Of a stretch of DNA of 64,000 bases, positions 1 through 9,677 are shown in pieces. How positions within the stretch are numbered: position 1 is the first letter of the stretch; each line of letters opens with the position of its first letter. The notes beneath the pieces are model-generated. The model had not been told where the DNA came from and made no database searches. It saw nothing but the letters and a program-made list of their open reading frames with translations. The position numbers and the translations under genes were made by a program. Source of the stretch: a virus; IMG/VR virus record IMGVR_UViG_3300030012_005163, positions 134,362 to 198,361 of that record, one strand, 5' to 3'.

Positions 1-5
1 TTTCA

Positions 6-37
6 TTTGTTTTTTTAAAAATAAATGATTATCTTTG
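6..37 (+). promoter_or_regulatory. Bacteroidota sigma70-type promoter
   Basis: TTTG (6-9), 20-nt spacer, TATCTTTG (30-37); matches the TTTG-N19-21-TAnnTTTG consensus. Implies the first ORF starts at the ATG at 49. Confidence 0.6.
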
Positions 38-954
38 TAATAATAAATATGCAAAAAATGGAGATTATTAAAGAATTATCAGTCTTTAACAATATAAAAT
101 ACTATGATGAACCTCATACGTATTATATTGATGGGGAGAAAACAATATCCTGTACTGGTTTTATTCATAAGTTTGAAGAAGACTTTGAGTCTAATGTAGA
201 TAAACCAGATAAATGGGCAGAAAAACAAGGACATATATATAAGGCTAAAAGTATGGCAGATAAGTTTGCGCATAAACAAAACTTTTATCCTATGGAAGGT
301 GATCCGTATGATAGGCCTGATTACTCTAAACCAAAACCACCAGAGGAATGTACTAGTGAAGAAGACATCAAAAAGTTATGGAAGTATAAAAACAATCATG
401 CTACTTTTGAGGGTACAACACTTCACGATTATATTGAGAATTATCTCAATAATAAAATAATGCCTTACCCCACTAAAAGTCCTGAAGGATTGGATTTTAG
501 TGATATAGAAGAAACATATAAGATTATGGAAGGATATTTTCATAACTTTTACAATGATACAGTAGCTAAAGGTAAGTTAGTACCAATTAAATCAGAGTTA
601 GTGGTTGGTGATAAAGACTATATGTTATGTGGTATGGTGGATCAGTTATTTTGGAATGAAAGATATGGTACTTTAGAGATATGGGATTGGAAGACTAATA
701 CTCGTCTAAATATGAAGGATGATTATGGTAACAAAATGAAGGGGTGTTTATGGATGTTAGATAAATGTGAATTTAATACATATTCATTACAACTTAATAT
801 CTATAAAAAAATAATTGAGAAAAATACTAACCTAAAAGTGGGTAGATGTAATTTAGTATGGTTCAATGAAGATAACCCGAATTATAAAGTTATCAAATGT
901 GCAGACTATAGTGAACATGTAGATAATATGTTAACTACTTTAATTCCTGCCTAA
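25..954 (+). CDS. PD-(D/E)XK exonuclease (Cas4/RecB-like phage nuclease)
   Basis: GTTLHDYIE helix, then GMVDQLF...EIWDWKT nuclease motif and YSLQLNIY; N-terminal HTYYIDG typical of phage exonucleases. Start probably 49 (MQKME). Confidence 0.8.
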   Translation: MIIFVIINMQKMEIIKELSVFNNIKYYDEPHTYYIDGEKTISCTGFIHKFEEDFESNVDKPDKWAEKQGHIYKAKSMADKFAHKQNFYPMEGDPYDRPDYSKPKPPEECTSEEDIKKLWKYKNNHATFEGTTLHDYIENYLNNKIMPYPTKSPEGLDFSDIEETYKIMEGYFHNFYNDTVAKGKLVPIKSELVVGDKDYMLCGMVDQLFWNERYGTLEIWDWKTNTRLNMKDDYGNKMKGCLWMLDKCEFNTYSLQLNIYKKIIEKNTNLKVGRCNLVWFNEDNPNYKVIKCADYSEHVDNMLTTLIPA

Positions 955-994
955 TCGCGTTGTCTTTTTAATAAAAAATCGTTATATTTAAGGT

Positions 995-1813
995 ATGATA
1001 AAAAAATTATTTCACATTGCAGATTTACATTTTAGAACTTATAATAGGCATAATGAATGTAAAGAAGTCTGTAACAAATTCCTCAATGAAGTTAAATTTT
1101 ATATAGAAGATAACAACTTATCTTTTGAAGAATGTAGAATAGTAATTGCAGGAGATATAGTGCATCAAAAGATTACTATATCAAACGAGTTAACAATGTT
1201 AGTTTCTTGGTTTCTTAATAAATGTAGTGAGTTATGTCCTGTGGTTTTAATTGCGGGTAATCACGACCTTTTGGAAAATAATAAAGATAGGTTGGATTCC
1301 TTAACACCAATAATAGAAATAATGAATAACCCATATGTGAACTATATGACTGAAAGTAAGTGTTATTTAGATGAAAACATAGTTTGGTGTTGTTATTCTA
1401 TATTTGAAGAAAACGCTAGACCAGATATTGATGCTTGTAGAAAAGAATATGGTAGTGACAAGAAATATATTGGTTTATTTCATGCACCAGTTAACGGTGC
1501 AATAACTTCAGTAGGTTTTGAATTTGATGAATCTGCGGAGTTAAAACAGTTTGAGGGATGTGATGCAGTCATTATGGGTGACATACATCATAGACAAAAT
1601 TTTGTGCATAAAGGTATAAATATAACATATTGTGGAAGTTTTATCCAACAAGATTTTGGTGAGAGGGTATCTGAACATGGTTACTTAATATGGGATGTAG
1701 AACATTTAGATTATACAGAACATGATATAAATACAGAATATGGATATTATGTTTTTAAAATAAATTCTTTAGAAGATTTAGAAGTAGGTAAAGAATATCT
1801 AACTAATGCTTAA
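995..1813 (+). CDS. sbcD: SbcD/Mre11-like metallophosphoesterase nuclease
   Basis: HIADLH, AGDIVH, AGNHD, LFHAP and MGDIHH calcineurin-like motifs; lies upstream of an SMC ATPase. Confidence 0.85.
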   Translation: MIKKLFHIADLHFRTYNRHNECKEVCNKFLNEVKFYIEDNNLSFEECRIVIAGDIVHQKITISNELTMLVSWFLNKCSELCPVVLIAGNHDLLENNKDRLDSLTPIIEIMNNPYVNYMTESKCYLDENIVWCCYSIFEENARPDIDACRKEYGSDKKYIGLFHAPVNGAITSVGFEFDESAELKQFEGCDAVIMGDIHHRQNFVHKGINITYCGSFIQQDFGERVSEHGYLIWDVEHLDYTEHDINTEYGYYVFKINSLEDLEVGKEYLTNA

Positions 1814-2469
1814 TGAGAATACCTAAAAAAATAAGGGACGAAATAAAAGAATTTTGTAAACTCAATGACATTGAGGATGTAGATAAGTTTATATTGAGTA
1901 ATATTCAGACAGGATTTAACATAGAAAAATATGGTAATGCACCATTTATAAAAGAAGTTATAGTTGAAAAAGAAGTACCTGTTGAAACTATTAAAGAAAT
2001 TATAGTAGAAAAAGAAGTACCTGTTGAAGTTTTAAGAGAAATAGTAAAAGAAGTACCTGTTGAAAAGGAAGTAATAAAAGAAGTGATGGTAGAGAAAGAG
2101 ATTTATATTACAGATGATAATCAAGTGAAAGAATTAGGTGATAAAATAACTTTATTGGAAAATAATATTATTAAAAAAGAAAAAAATATTACTAATTTAA
2201 AAAATAAAATAAACAAAATAGAAAAAGACAGTATAATAAAAACAACAGAGTCTTTAGATAAAGATAGTGAATTAAAAAAACTTAATAATAATTTAGGGAA
2301 GAAAAACAATGAAATAAAAAAACTTAAAGGTAAAATTATTGAGTTAGAGAAAGAAATAACAGATTTAAAAAATCAAAATAATACTAAAGGTAGACCCTTT
2401 AGAGACATTTATGACGAAGATGAGAATACTGGTGGACATTGGGGATCTAACCTTATAGATAAAAAATAA
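1813..2469 (+). CDS. coiled-coil protein with KEVPVE repeats
   Basis: Val/Glu/Lys repeats (EKEVPVE) followed by a long heptad coiled coil; start follows directly on the sbcD stop (TAATG). Confidence 0.7.
   Translation: MRIPKKIRDEIKEFCKLNDIEDVDKFILSNIQTGFNIEKYGNAPFIKEVIVEKEVPVETIKEIIVEKEVPVEVLREIVKEVPVEKEVIKEVMVEKEIYITDDNQVKELGDKITLLENNIIKKEKNITNLKNKINKIEKDSIIKTTESLDKDSELKKLNNNLGKKNNEIKKLKGKIIELEKEITDLKNQNNTKGRPFRDIYDEDENTGGHWGSNLIDKK
1951..2100 (+). repeat. imperfect coding tandem repeat (AAAGAAGTACCTGTTGAA units)
   Basis: AAAGAAGTACCTGTTGAA occurs three times, encoding KEVPVE within VIVEKEVPVETIKEIIVEKEVPVEVLREIVKEVPVEKEV. Confidence 0.75.
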
Positions 2470-2473
2470 TAAT

Positions 2474-4855
2474 ATGGAAAACAATATTGAAGTGGTAAGA
2501 ACAAAAAAATTAGTAGACGTACCAAAAAATGCACAACTGAGAGTTGATTGGCAAGATTATCCAGAAAATAGGACATTAGAGACTATTAATAGAGTCAAAA
2601 CTTATTTTTCTGATAAGTATGGGTTATCCAAAACCTCAATTAAAATAAATTTTATCCCAATATTAAAAAATAGTGTCGGTAAAGTAGTAGACATTACCGA
2701 TGGACTAATTGATAATATAATGGACACTGCATACCAAAGAAAGTTGTTTACTCAATGGATTGAAATAAATGGTGTAGATATAAATTTTGATAGGTTATGT
2801 AGGTTAGATGATAAAGTTAATGATGTCTTAGTTAATTTAGGTGAAGAAGATATTAGATACCGAAGATGGAGTATAAATAAATTGTGGATAGATAATTTTT
2901 TATCTTTTGGTGAAGATAATAATATTGATTATAATGGGTTAAAAGGATTAAGTATTGTAAATTCTTTACCTGCCAATCAAGGTGGTAAAACTATTTTTAG
3001 TATTGATTCTATATTATTTTTATTTTTTGGTAAAACTACTAAAACAGATACTGCAGCAGAAATATTTAATACTTTTACCGATAAAGATGAAGTTACTGTT
3101 GGGGGTGAAATAAATATTGATGGTGAAGAATACATAATAGAAAGGAAACTATTTAGAAAGAAAACTAAAACAGGTAATTATAAAACTTCTTCTGAATTAA
3201 ATTTTTTCCGAGTATTATCAGATGGTAGTCATGAAAATTTAGAAGGTGAACAACGTAGAGAAACAGATAAATTAATATCGGAGACTATTGGGACATACGA
3301 TGATTTTATGTTGACTATTGTTGCAACTGCAAAAAACTTAGAGGATCTATTAGAAACTAAACCAACCCAAAGAGGTAGACTTTTAACTAAATTTATTGGG
3401 TTAGAGATTATTGAGAAAAAAGAAGAGATTAATAAAGGATTAATGTCGGATTTTAAAAGTAAGATGAAATCTAATGTTCATAATACTAAAGAGTTAGAAT
3501 TTGAAATAGAAGATAATATTATAAAGATAAAAGAAAATAAAGAATTAATAAAAGAAAATAATAATAAATTATTTAAAATAGATGGGGAAATATCTGAAGC
3601 TAATTCTAAAAAAGAAATTTTATTATCCGAAAAATATGTGATTGATGATGAAGTTAGTAATGTTAACCCTAAAACCCTTAAAGATGAAATAGATACTTTA
3701 ACTGATGAAGGTGTTACTAAGAAAAAATCTTTAGATGATATTATAAAAAACATTACTAAGATAGGTGATGTAGATTATGATGAAGACAAACATGAGGAGA
3801 TTAGAGAAGAAGAAAAAGATTTACTATTGAAAGAAAGTAAAGAATTAAGTAATAAAGAAAGAAAAGAGTTATTAATAAAAAATTTGGAGGAAGGAGAAAT
3901 TTGTCCAACATGTAAAAGAGCATTAGAAGACGTTGATCATAGTGAAGAGATAAAAGAGGAAAAGAAAAATTTAAAAAATATAAAAGACTTAATAAAAGTA
4001 ATACAAAAAGATTTAGGTGTCACACTTAAGTCTTTGGATAAACAAAGTAATCTAAAAACTATTTCTGATGAAAAAGATAAGTTAGAATTAAGTAGAGACA
4101 GATTAGAAGTAGAGATTGATGGGTTAAGAGTCGATTTAAAAGAAAAAATGAATCTACAGAAGAACTATGAACGTAATATTGAATATATTGAAAAGAATAG
4201 AAATTTAGAAAGTAAGATATTAGGATATAACCAACTTTTAGAAAAACTAAATAAAAAAAGAGATGGTATCAGAAATGAAATACAGGATCTTAAAAATGAT
4301 AATAAAGTAAAAAAACAAAATAATATCGATAATCAAAATATAATAGAACAGATATTAAGAGAAGAAGAGGTATTAAAAATATTTGAGATTTATAATAGGA
4401 TGATAGGTAAAAACGGTATTTCAAAATTAGTTCTATCTTCAGTAATTCCTATAATAAATTATGAACTAGACAGACTGTTAGATGAAGTATGTGATTTCCA
4501 AATACAGTTAGAGATTAATGATAAAAATGAAGTAGATTTTAATATAGTTAAAAAAGACGTAACCAAAAAGTTAAAATCAGGATCAGGATTAGAAACAACA
4601 TTAGCATCTTTAGCTCTTCGATGTGTACTAGGTAGAATTTCTACGCTACCAAAACCAAATATTATCGTCTTTGATGAGGTGTTAGGTAAAGTTGCTAATA
4701 TAAATTTAGATTATGTTAAAATATTTTTTGATAAAATAAAAAAGATGTATGAGGTAATTTTATTGATTACACATAACCCAATAACACAAGATTGGGGTGA
4801 CAAAATTATAACAATTGAAAAAAATAATGACGTTTCGTCATTGCAGATTAAATAA
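2474..4855 (+). CDS. sbcC: SbcC/Rad50-like SMC ATPase
   Basis: Walker A-like NQGGKT, long coiled coil, zinc hook CPTC, signature SGSGLE, Walker B IIVFDE, H-loop LITH. Confidence 0.9.
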   Translation: MENNIEVVRTKKLVDVPKNAQLRVDWQDYPENRTLETINRVKTYFSDKYGLSKTSIKINFIPILKNSVGKVVDITDGLIDNIMDTAYQRKLFTQWIEINGVDINFDRLCRLDDKVNDVLVNLGEEDIRYRRWSINKLWIDNFLSFGEDNNIDYNGLKGLSIVNSLPANQGGKTIFSIDSILFLFFGKTTKTDTAAEIFNTFTDKDEVTVGGEINIDGEEYIIERKLFRKKTKTGNYKTSSELNFFRVLSDGSHENLEGEQRRETDKLISETIGTYDDFMLTIVATAKNLEDLLETKPTQRGRLLTKFIGLEIIEKKEEINKGLMSDFKSKMKSNVHNTKELEFEIEDNIIKIKENKELIKENNNKLFKIDGEISEANSKKEILLSEKYVIDDEVSNVNPKTLKDEIDTLTDEGVTKKKSLDDIIKNITKIGDVDYDEDKHEEIREEEKDLLLKESKELSNKERKELLIKNLEEGEICPTCKRALEDVDHSEEIKEEKKNLKNIKDLIKVIQKDLGVTLKSLDKQSNLKTISDEKDKLELSRDRLEVEIDGLRVDLKEKMNLQKNYERNIEYIEKNRNLESKILGYNQLLEKLNKKRDGIRNEIQDLKNDNKVKKQNNIDNQNIIEQILREEEVLKIFEIYNRMIGKNGISKLVLSSVIPIINYELDRLLDEVCDFQIQLEINDKNEVDFNIVKKDVTKKLKSGSGLETTLASLALRCVLGRISTLPKPNIIVFDEVLGKVANINLDYVKIFFDKIKKMYEVILLITHNPITQDWGDKIITIEKNNDVSSLQIK

Positions 4856-4930
4856 TTTGCCGTATATTTGTAAAAATTGGGTAATGGTACTCAATTTGTA
4901 AGTATATATTTAAAAAGTAAAAGTTTTAAT

Positions 4931-5431
4931 ATGGAACAACTAAGATTAAAAAAATATTGTCTAATAGGTTTAGATGAAATAGATGAAATAAAAAAAGATT
5001 TAGAAACATTATCAAATGACATAGTAAATTATGCCACTGGTAATGATTTAATTATCGCAACATTTAAATCGGAATTTAATATTATTGAATTAGAAGAGTT
5101 TCTTAATTTAGAAAAAAGAGCTTACATTGTTTTTGAAATGTTACCAGCAATTTTTTCAGCAAATTTATTAATAGAAAAATTTCAAGACGCATTATTTGGT
5201 GGTAAGATAGACAATAGTGAATATACCCCATTATTTGAGGCTAGAAATAATATGGAGAATATAATGTCATTTACTGAAGAAATGGGTGAAAATATTGTAG
5301 AAAAATTTACAGATATTAAACCTATTAAACCTACTATGGATGAACTGTTAGATAAAATTAGTAAAGTAGGTTTAGATAAATTATCTAAAATAGAAAAACA
5401 ATACTTAAAAGAATATTCAAACGAACAATAA
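4931..5431 (+). CDS. hypothetical protein
   Basis: Continuous ORF in gene order; ATG at 4931 preferred over TTG at 4877. C-terminal MDELLDKISKVGLDKLSKIEKQYL motif. Confidence 0.6.
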   Translation: MEQLRLKKYCLIGLDEIDEIKKDLETLSNDIVNYATGNDLIIATFKSEFNIIELEEFLNLEKRAYIVFEMLPAIFSANLLIEKFQDALFGGKIDNSEYTPLFEARNNMENIMSFTEEMGENIVEKFTDIKPIKPTMDELLDKISKVGLDKLSKIEKQYLKEYSNEQ

Positions 5432-5442
5432 AATAAAAAACT

Positions 5443-6249
5443 ATGGATTATAAAAGATACATTAATACCAAAGAAGATTCCATGTCTATATATCTTAAAG
5501 ATGTGAGAAAAAGTGAAAGAATTACACCACAAGAAGAAGTAGAAATTGCTAAAAGAATTGCTAATGGAGATGAAAGTGCAATAGATGAATTAGTGATGGC
5601 TAATTTAAGATTTGTTATTGCTATTGCTAAAGACTATCAAAATCAAGGCATCTCTTTAGCGGATTTGATATCTGAAGGTAATTACGGATTAATTACCGCA
5701 GCTAAAAGGTTTGATTATACCAAAGGGTTTAGATTTATCTCTTATGCAGTTTGGTGGGTTAAACAATCTATTTTACAGTGTTTGAATGATAATTCTAGAA
5801 TGGTTAGAATACCCGCTAATATGGTTAATAAGTTATCTAAAATAAATAAAGAAATAGAAAAATTTGAAAAGGAATTTGAAAGATCACCTACTTCTGAAGA
5901 GGTAGAATATCTTCATATACCCACATGTGGCTCTTTAAATAAACACATTAATGAAGATGGGGACGAATTGTGTGCAGTCATCAAAGATGAAACTTTTGAT
6001 AGTCCAGACTCAGGTGTAGATGAGAATGATACTTTATCGGGTAAACTCAATAGAGTGATGTCATATTTAAGTCATCGTGAAAGAGAAATAATTAACTGTT
6101 ATTTTGGTATATACGGTAGCCCAATGACGTTAGAAGCTATTGGTGAAGAATTAGAGTTAACAAAAGAAAGAATTAGACAAATCAAAGAATCTGCTATTCG
6201 TAAAATTAGAAATAATGTAGGAGATATTTTTGATTATATGGATAAATAA
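5443..6249 (+). CDS. RNA polymerase sigma-70 family factor (RpoD/RpoS-like, lacks region 1.1)
   Basis: Region 1.2 SIYLKDV, region 2 ANLRFVIAIAK...DLISEGNYGL...FDYTKGFRFISYAVWW, region 4 TLEAIGEELELTKERIRQIK. Confidence 0.92.
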   Translation: MDYKRYINTKEDSMSIYLKDVRKSERITPQEEVEIAKRIANGDESAIDELVMANLRFVIAIAKDYQNQGISLADLISEGNYGLITAAKRFDYTKGFRFISYAVWWVKQSILQCLNDNSRMVRIPANMVNKLSKINKEIEKFEKEFERSPTSEEVEYLHIPTCGSLNKHINEDGDELCAVIKDETFDSPDSGVDENDTLSGKLNRVMSYLSHREREIINCYFGIYGSPMTLEAIGEELELTKERIRQIKESAIRKIRNNVGDIFDYMDK

Positions 6250-6277
6250 ATAAATCAAAATTATTTTTTATACGATA

Positions 6278-6304
6278 AAGGGGGTAAAAAACCCCCTTTT
6301 TTTA
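6278..6304 (+). terminator. intrinsic terminator
   Basis: AAAGGGGG-TAAAAAA-CCCCCTTT hairpin with T tract after the sigma gene. Confidence 0.75.
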
Positions 6305-6375
6305 TACACTTTTTTAAATTCTGGTGTTATTTATTATTAAAGATATTTATATAATATAAAAATAAAAAAAAAGTT

Positions 6376-6678
6376 ATGAAAAAATTATTAGATTTTATTG
6401 ACAAATGGGGAAGTAGAATATCATTCGGTTTAGTTTTAATTATATTTCTAAAAACATGTACTACTAATACTAAAATAGAAAAAGTACAAAAAGAATTAGA
6501 TAAGAAAACAGTTACTATTGATAGTACATTAATTAAAATAGACAGTAAGATTATCAGTGAAGACCAAATGATTAAATTAATTAAAGAAGTACCTAATTGG
6601 AAAACATTAGAATTAGAAGAGTTATCAGATAAGAATAGAATACCTATTAACAAATTAAAAAACGATAACGAAAAATAA
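6376..6678 (+). CDS. membrane-anchored protein
   Basis: N-terminal hydrophobic segment (ISFGLVLIIFLKTC) then coiled coil; preceded by a GATATTTATA motif. Confidence 0.65.
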   Translation: MKKLLDFIDKWGSRISFGLVLIIFLKTCTTNTKIEKVQKELDKKTVTIDSTLIKIDSKIISEDQMIKLIKEVPNWKTLELEELSDKNRIPINKLKNDNEK

Positions 6679-6690
6679 AAAAATAAAATT

Positions 6691-7719
6691 ATGAAGTTAA
6701 TTGGAAATTGGATTAAAAACAATCCTATACGCACACTGTTTTTGATACCGATTATACTTGTTGCAGCAATTTCTATTTCACACGTAGTTACATGGTATAG
6801 TATCGCAAACCCAATTAATTGGGCAATTTATTTATCTATTGCTATCGAAGTAGGTGCAATGACTGCATTAGTCGCAGCAACTAATAGAGTAAAAGGTGGT
6901 GTATGGTTTATGTTTGGTTTAGTAACATTTATACAAATGGTGGGAAATATATATTTTTCTTTTAAGGAAATTGATACTACTGGAGAATTATGGAAATCAT
7001 GGATAGAATTAACTACACCAGTTTGGGAAATGGTTGGTACAGAACTATCTGATACTTTAGCCCTTAAAAGATGGTTAGCCTTTTTAGAGGGTGGGTTATT
7101 ACCTATTATTTCACTTACCTCATTACACTTTTTTGTAAGATACGATAGAAATGAAAATGAAAAAATAGACAAAGAAAAAATAATAAAAGAATATTTCGAA
7201 GCTAGAAATAAAAAAATGGTAGATATAGTAGAAAATAAAAGAGAGGATAAAGTGGAGGACGAAACTGAACATCTTCTTAAATCAGAAGCAAATAAAGAAC
7301 ATTTAGAAGAATCTATACAACAAGCTAAGGAAATAGAAAAAAAGATAGATGAAAAAGATATTTACGGTGAAAGTGATGAAGTTCCGTGGGAAGAAGATCC
7401 TGAAGTACAGGAATTTTTAGAAAAGATGGATGAACCAGGTCCATGGCCGGAGGAAGATGATAAAATATATACTGTAGGTGGATTAAGTGCAGATAAAGAA
7501 AGAGATTTTATTAAATTTCATAAAAAAGAAGAAGAGTTTAGTAAACAAATTAAGGAAGAAGAAAAAGAGTCTAATGAGACAGAAATTTTAAAGAAAGCTA
7601 TTAATGAGTATCAAAATAAAAAAGAAGAAAAACCACAAAAAAAAAAGAATAAAAGTGGAATGATTCCTACGGAATATGGTAAAGTTAGGAGAAAAACTAA
7701 TATTAAAAGAATTGATTAA
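6691..7719 (+). CDS. multi-pass membrane protein with acidic C-terminal tail
   Basis: About four hydrophobic segments in the first 150 aa (SISHVVTWY, IAIEVGAM), then a charged tail. Confidence 0.7.
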   Translation: MKLIGNWIKNNPIRTLFLIPIILVAAISISHVVTWYSIANPINWAIYLSIAIEVGAMTALVAATNRVKGGVWFMFGLVTFIQMVGNIYFSFKEIDTTGELWKSWIELTTPVWEMVGTELSDTLALKRWLAFLEGGLLPIISLTSLHFFVRYDRNENEKIDKEKIIKEYFEARNKKMVDIVENKREDKVEDETEHLLKSEANKEHLEESIQQAKEIEKKIDEKDIYGESDEVPWEEDPEVQEFLEKMDEPGPWPEEDDKIYTVGGLSADKERDFIKFHKKEEEFSKQIKEEEKESNETEILKKAINEYQNKKEEKPQKKKNKSGMIPTEYGKVRRKTNIKRID

Positions 7720-8330
7720 TGAAAGTTGATAATCTTACATATGAATTAACTGAAAATAACTATTATAGTAAAGAATTTGAAAAGAAACAGATAGTTATTG
7801 GTAATACTTTTAATGAAAAATTTTATCATTTCAATGGTTGGTTAACAAGATTAGATGGGCAATATACTAATACTGCAAATTATACAATTACTAGAAAAGG
7901 AGAAGTATATGAACATTTTAACCCTACTTATTATTCTGATTTTGTTAATGAAAAAAGGGTTGATAAAAAAATAATTTCTATTGTATTAGAAAATCAAGGG
8001 TGGTTAAAAAAAGATTTATTAAGTGATAAATATTTTGATTGGGTAGGTAATACTTATAAAAGAAGAGTTAAAGTATATGAAAAAAGGTGGAGAGGACAAC
8101 AATATTGGGATCCTTATACACCTAAACAATTAAAGTCTACTATAGATTTAGTTAATCATTTATGTGATACATTTAAGATTGATAGAAAATGTGTAGGACA
8201 CAATACATATACTAAAGAAGTAGGTGATTTTAATGGGATAACATATAGAAGTAACTATTATAAAGATAATACTGATGTAAACCCTTCATGGAATTTTAGA
8301 AAATTTAAAGAAAGAATAGAAAAAATATAA
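7719..8330 (+). CDS. N-acetylmuramoyl-L-alanine amidase (Amidase_2-like), possibly degenerate
   Basis: ANYTITRKGEVYEHF, ISIVLENQG, YTPKQLKSTIDLVNHLC, VGHN and DVNP match the Amidase_2 layout; first metal motif reads IVIGNT instead of IVIHHT. Confidence 0.7.
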   Translation: MKVDNLTYELTENNYYSKEFEKKQIVIGNTFNEKFYHFNGWLTRLDGQYTNTANYTITRKGEVYEHFNPTYYSDFVNEKRVDKKIISIVLENQGWLKKDLLSDKYFDWVGNTYKRRVKVYEKRWRGQQYWDPYTPKQLKSTIDLVNHLCDTFKIDRKCVGHNTYTKEVGDFNGITYRSNYYKDNTDVNPSWNFRKFKERIEKI

Positions 8331-8362
8331 AAATAAGGTATATTTATATAAAAAACAAAGAT

Positions 8363-8899
8363 ATGAATCAGCATGATGAAACAAGAAAAATATTAGAATT
8401 AATTAGAGAAAGTGGTAAAAAACCTTCAATAGGTAAAACTTTAATTAAAGAACAAGATTTAAACGTACAATCACAAGATGAAAATGCGTTAGATCCTACA
8501 GAAATGAAAGAACAAGAAAGATTGTTTAGAGATACTGTTACACAAAGAGTTAAATTTAACCAAATGAAACTTTACCCAAAAGCACAAAATGTAGAATGGA
8601 GTGGTGAATTTACTGATAATGCAGTAGAATGGTTCTATTCTTTAGATGACACACAAGGAGTTTATGTAACAACTGAACTATTACAACTTAGAGAAGATAC
8701 AATGAAACTTTTACAAAAGTTAATTGCATATTATAAAACATGGTCAGATGACTGGGCGAAAAGAATTGCAGAAGAATATGAAAATCAACAAGAAGATGAA
8801 GAAAATGCCGAAGAAGGTCCAGATAGTTTAAACTCGCCAGGATTTGGGGAAGAAGGTGAAGGAGAATCCATGCCTAACCCAACCGAAGAAAATGCTTAA
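8363..8899 (+). CDS. hypothetical acidic phage protein
   Basis: Clean ORF behind a GTATATTTATA motif; contains LIRES and LIKEQ leader-like motifs. Confidence 0.65.
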   Translation: MNQHDETRKILELIRESGKKPSIGKTLIKEQDLNVQSQDENALDPTEMKEQERLFRDTVTQRVKFNQMKLYPKAQNVEWSGEFTDNAVEWFYSLDDTQGVYVTTELLQLREDTMKLLQKLIAYYKTWSDDWAKRIAEEYENQQEDEENAEEGPDSLNSPGFGEEGEGESMPNPTEENA

Positions 8900-9272
8900 A
8901 ATTAATATAGACTTAAAGGCAATTTTAATATTATCACTAGCAGTTGCGTTAGTCCTAAGTTTAATATTTAGACCGAGTGTACCTATAGAGGAATATGAGG
9001 AAGAAATTAGTGTTTTACAAAAACAAAATAAAAAACTCCTCATATCAAATGATAGTATTATTAAAGCAAATATAAAATTACAAAAAGAGATTGATGTTAT
9101 TTTATATGCAATTGATAGTACTAAAGTTGTCCTTCGAGAAACAGAAGATAAATTAAAAAAATTAGAAAAAAAGAGAAATGAAGTATCTAATATCGTTGAT
9201 AATATGGATAGCGATGGTGTCACCAACACTATCTCAGACTATCTCCAAAGGAGAGGTCAGAACAATCGTTAA
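8892..9272 (+). CDS. inner-membrane-anchored coiled-coil protein (i-spanin-like)
   Basis: N-terminal TM (AILILSLAVALVLSLIF) followed by coiled coil; ATG at 8892; overlaps the next ORF by 95 nt. Spanin call is inference. Confidence 0.5.
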   Translation: MLKINIDLKAILILSLAVALVLSLIFRPSVPIEEYEEEISVLQKQNKKLLISNDSIIKANIKLQKEIDVILYAIDSTKVVLRETEDKLKKLEKKRNEVSNIVDNMDSDGVTNTISDYLQRRGQNNR

Positions 9273-9633
9273 GAATGGTGATACATTAGTTATTATGAAT
9301 TTAGAGGACGCTAAGGTTATACTTAACGATCTTTTAGAGTATGAGATTGCAGATAGTTTATTAACTGTTTATAAAGAAAAAGACAGTCTTAATACTAATA
9401 CCATAACTCTACAAAAAGAGGTTATTTTTAAGTTAATGGAAAAATCGGATAACCAACAAAGTCAAATAGATAATTTCCAACAGATATTGGATAATAAAAA
9501 TTCTGAGTTAGGTATGAAAGAAGATACCATTAAACAACAGAAAAAAGAATTACGAAAACAAAAACTTTTAAAGTTTTTAGGTTTTGGTGGATCAGTAATT
9601 CTCCCAATTATTGCAATATTGATTTTAGTCTGA
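9178..9633 (+). CDS. secreted coiled-coil protein with C-terminal membrane anchor (spanin-partner-like)
   Basis: Signal-peptide-like MKYLISLIIWIAMVSPTLSQ, coiled coil, C-terminal FLGFGGSVILPIIAILILV. Confidence 0.55.
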   Translation: MKYLISLIIWIAMVSPTLSQTISKGEVRTIVKNGDTLVIMNLEDAKVILNDLLEYEIADSLLTVYKEKDSLNTNTITLQKEVIFKLMEKSDNQQSQIDNFQQILDNKNSELGMKEDTIKQQKKELRKQKLLKFLGFGGSVILPIIAILILV

Positions 9634-9677
9634 TTTTTTTCATAATATCAAATATTTATAAATAAACATGCATTACC

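Noticed and set aside
25-954. Cas4-like nuclease suggesting a CRISPR-Cas locus
   Set aside because: No cas1/cas2 or effector genes, no four-Cys Fe-S cluster pattern and no repeat-spacer array in the window; it fits a stand-alone phage exonuclease.
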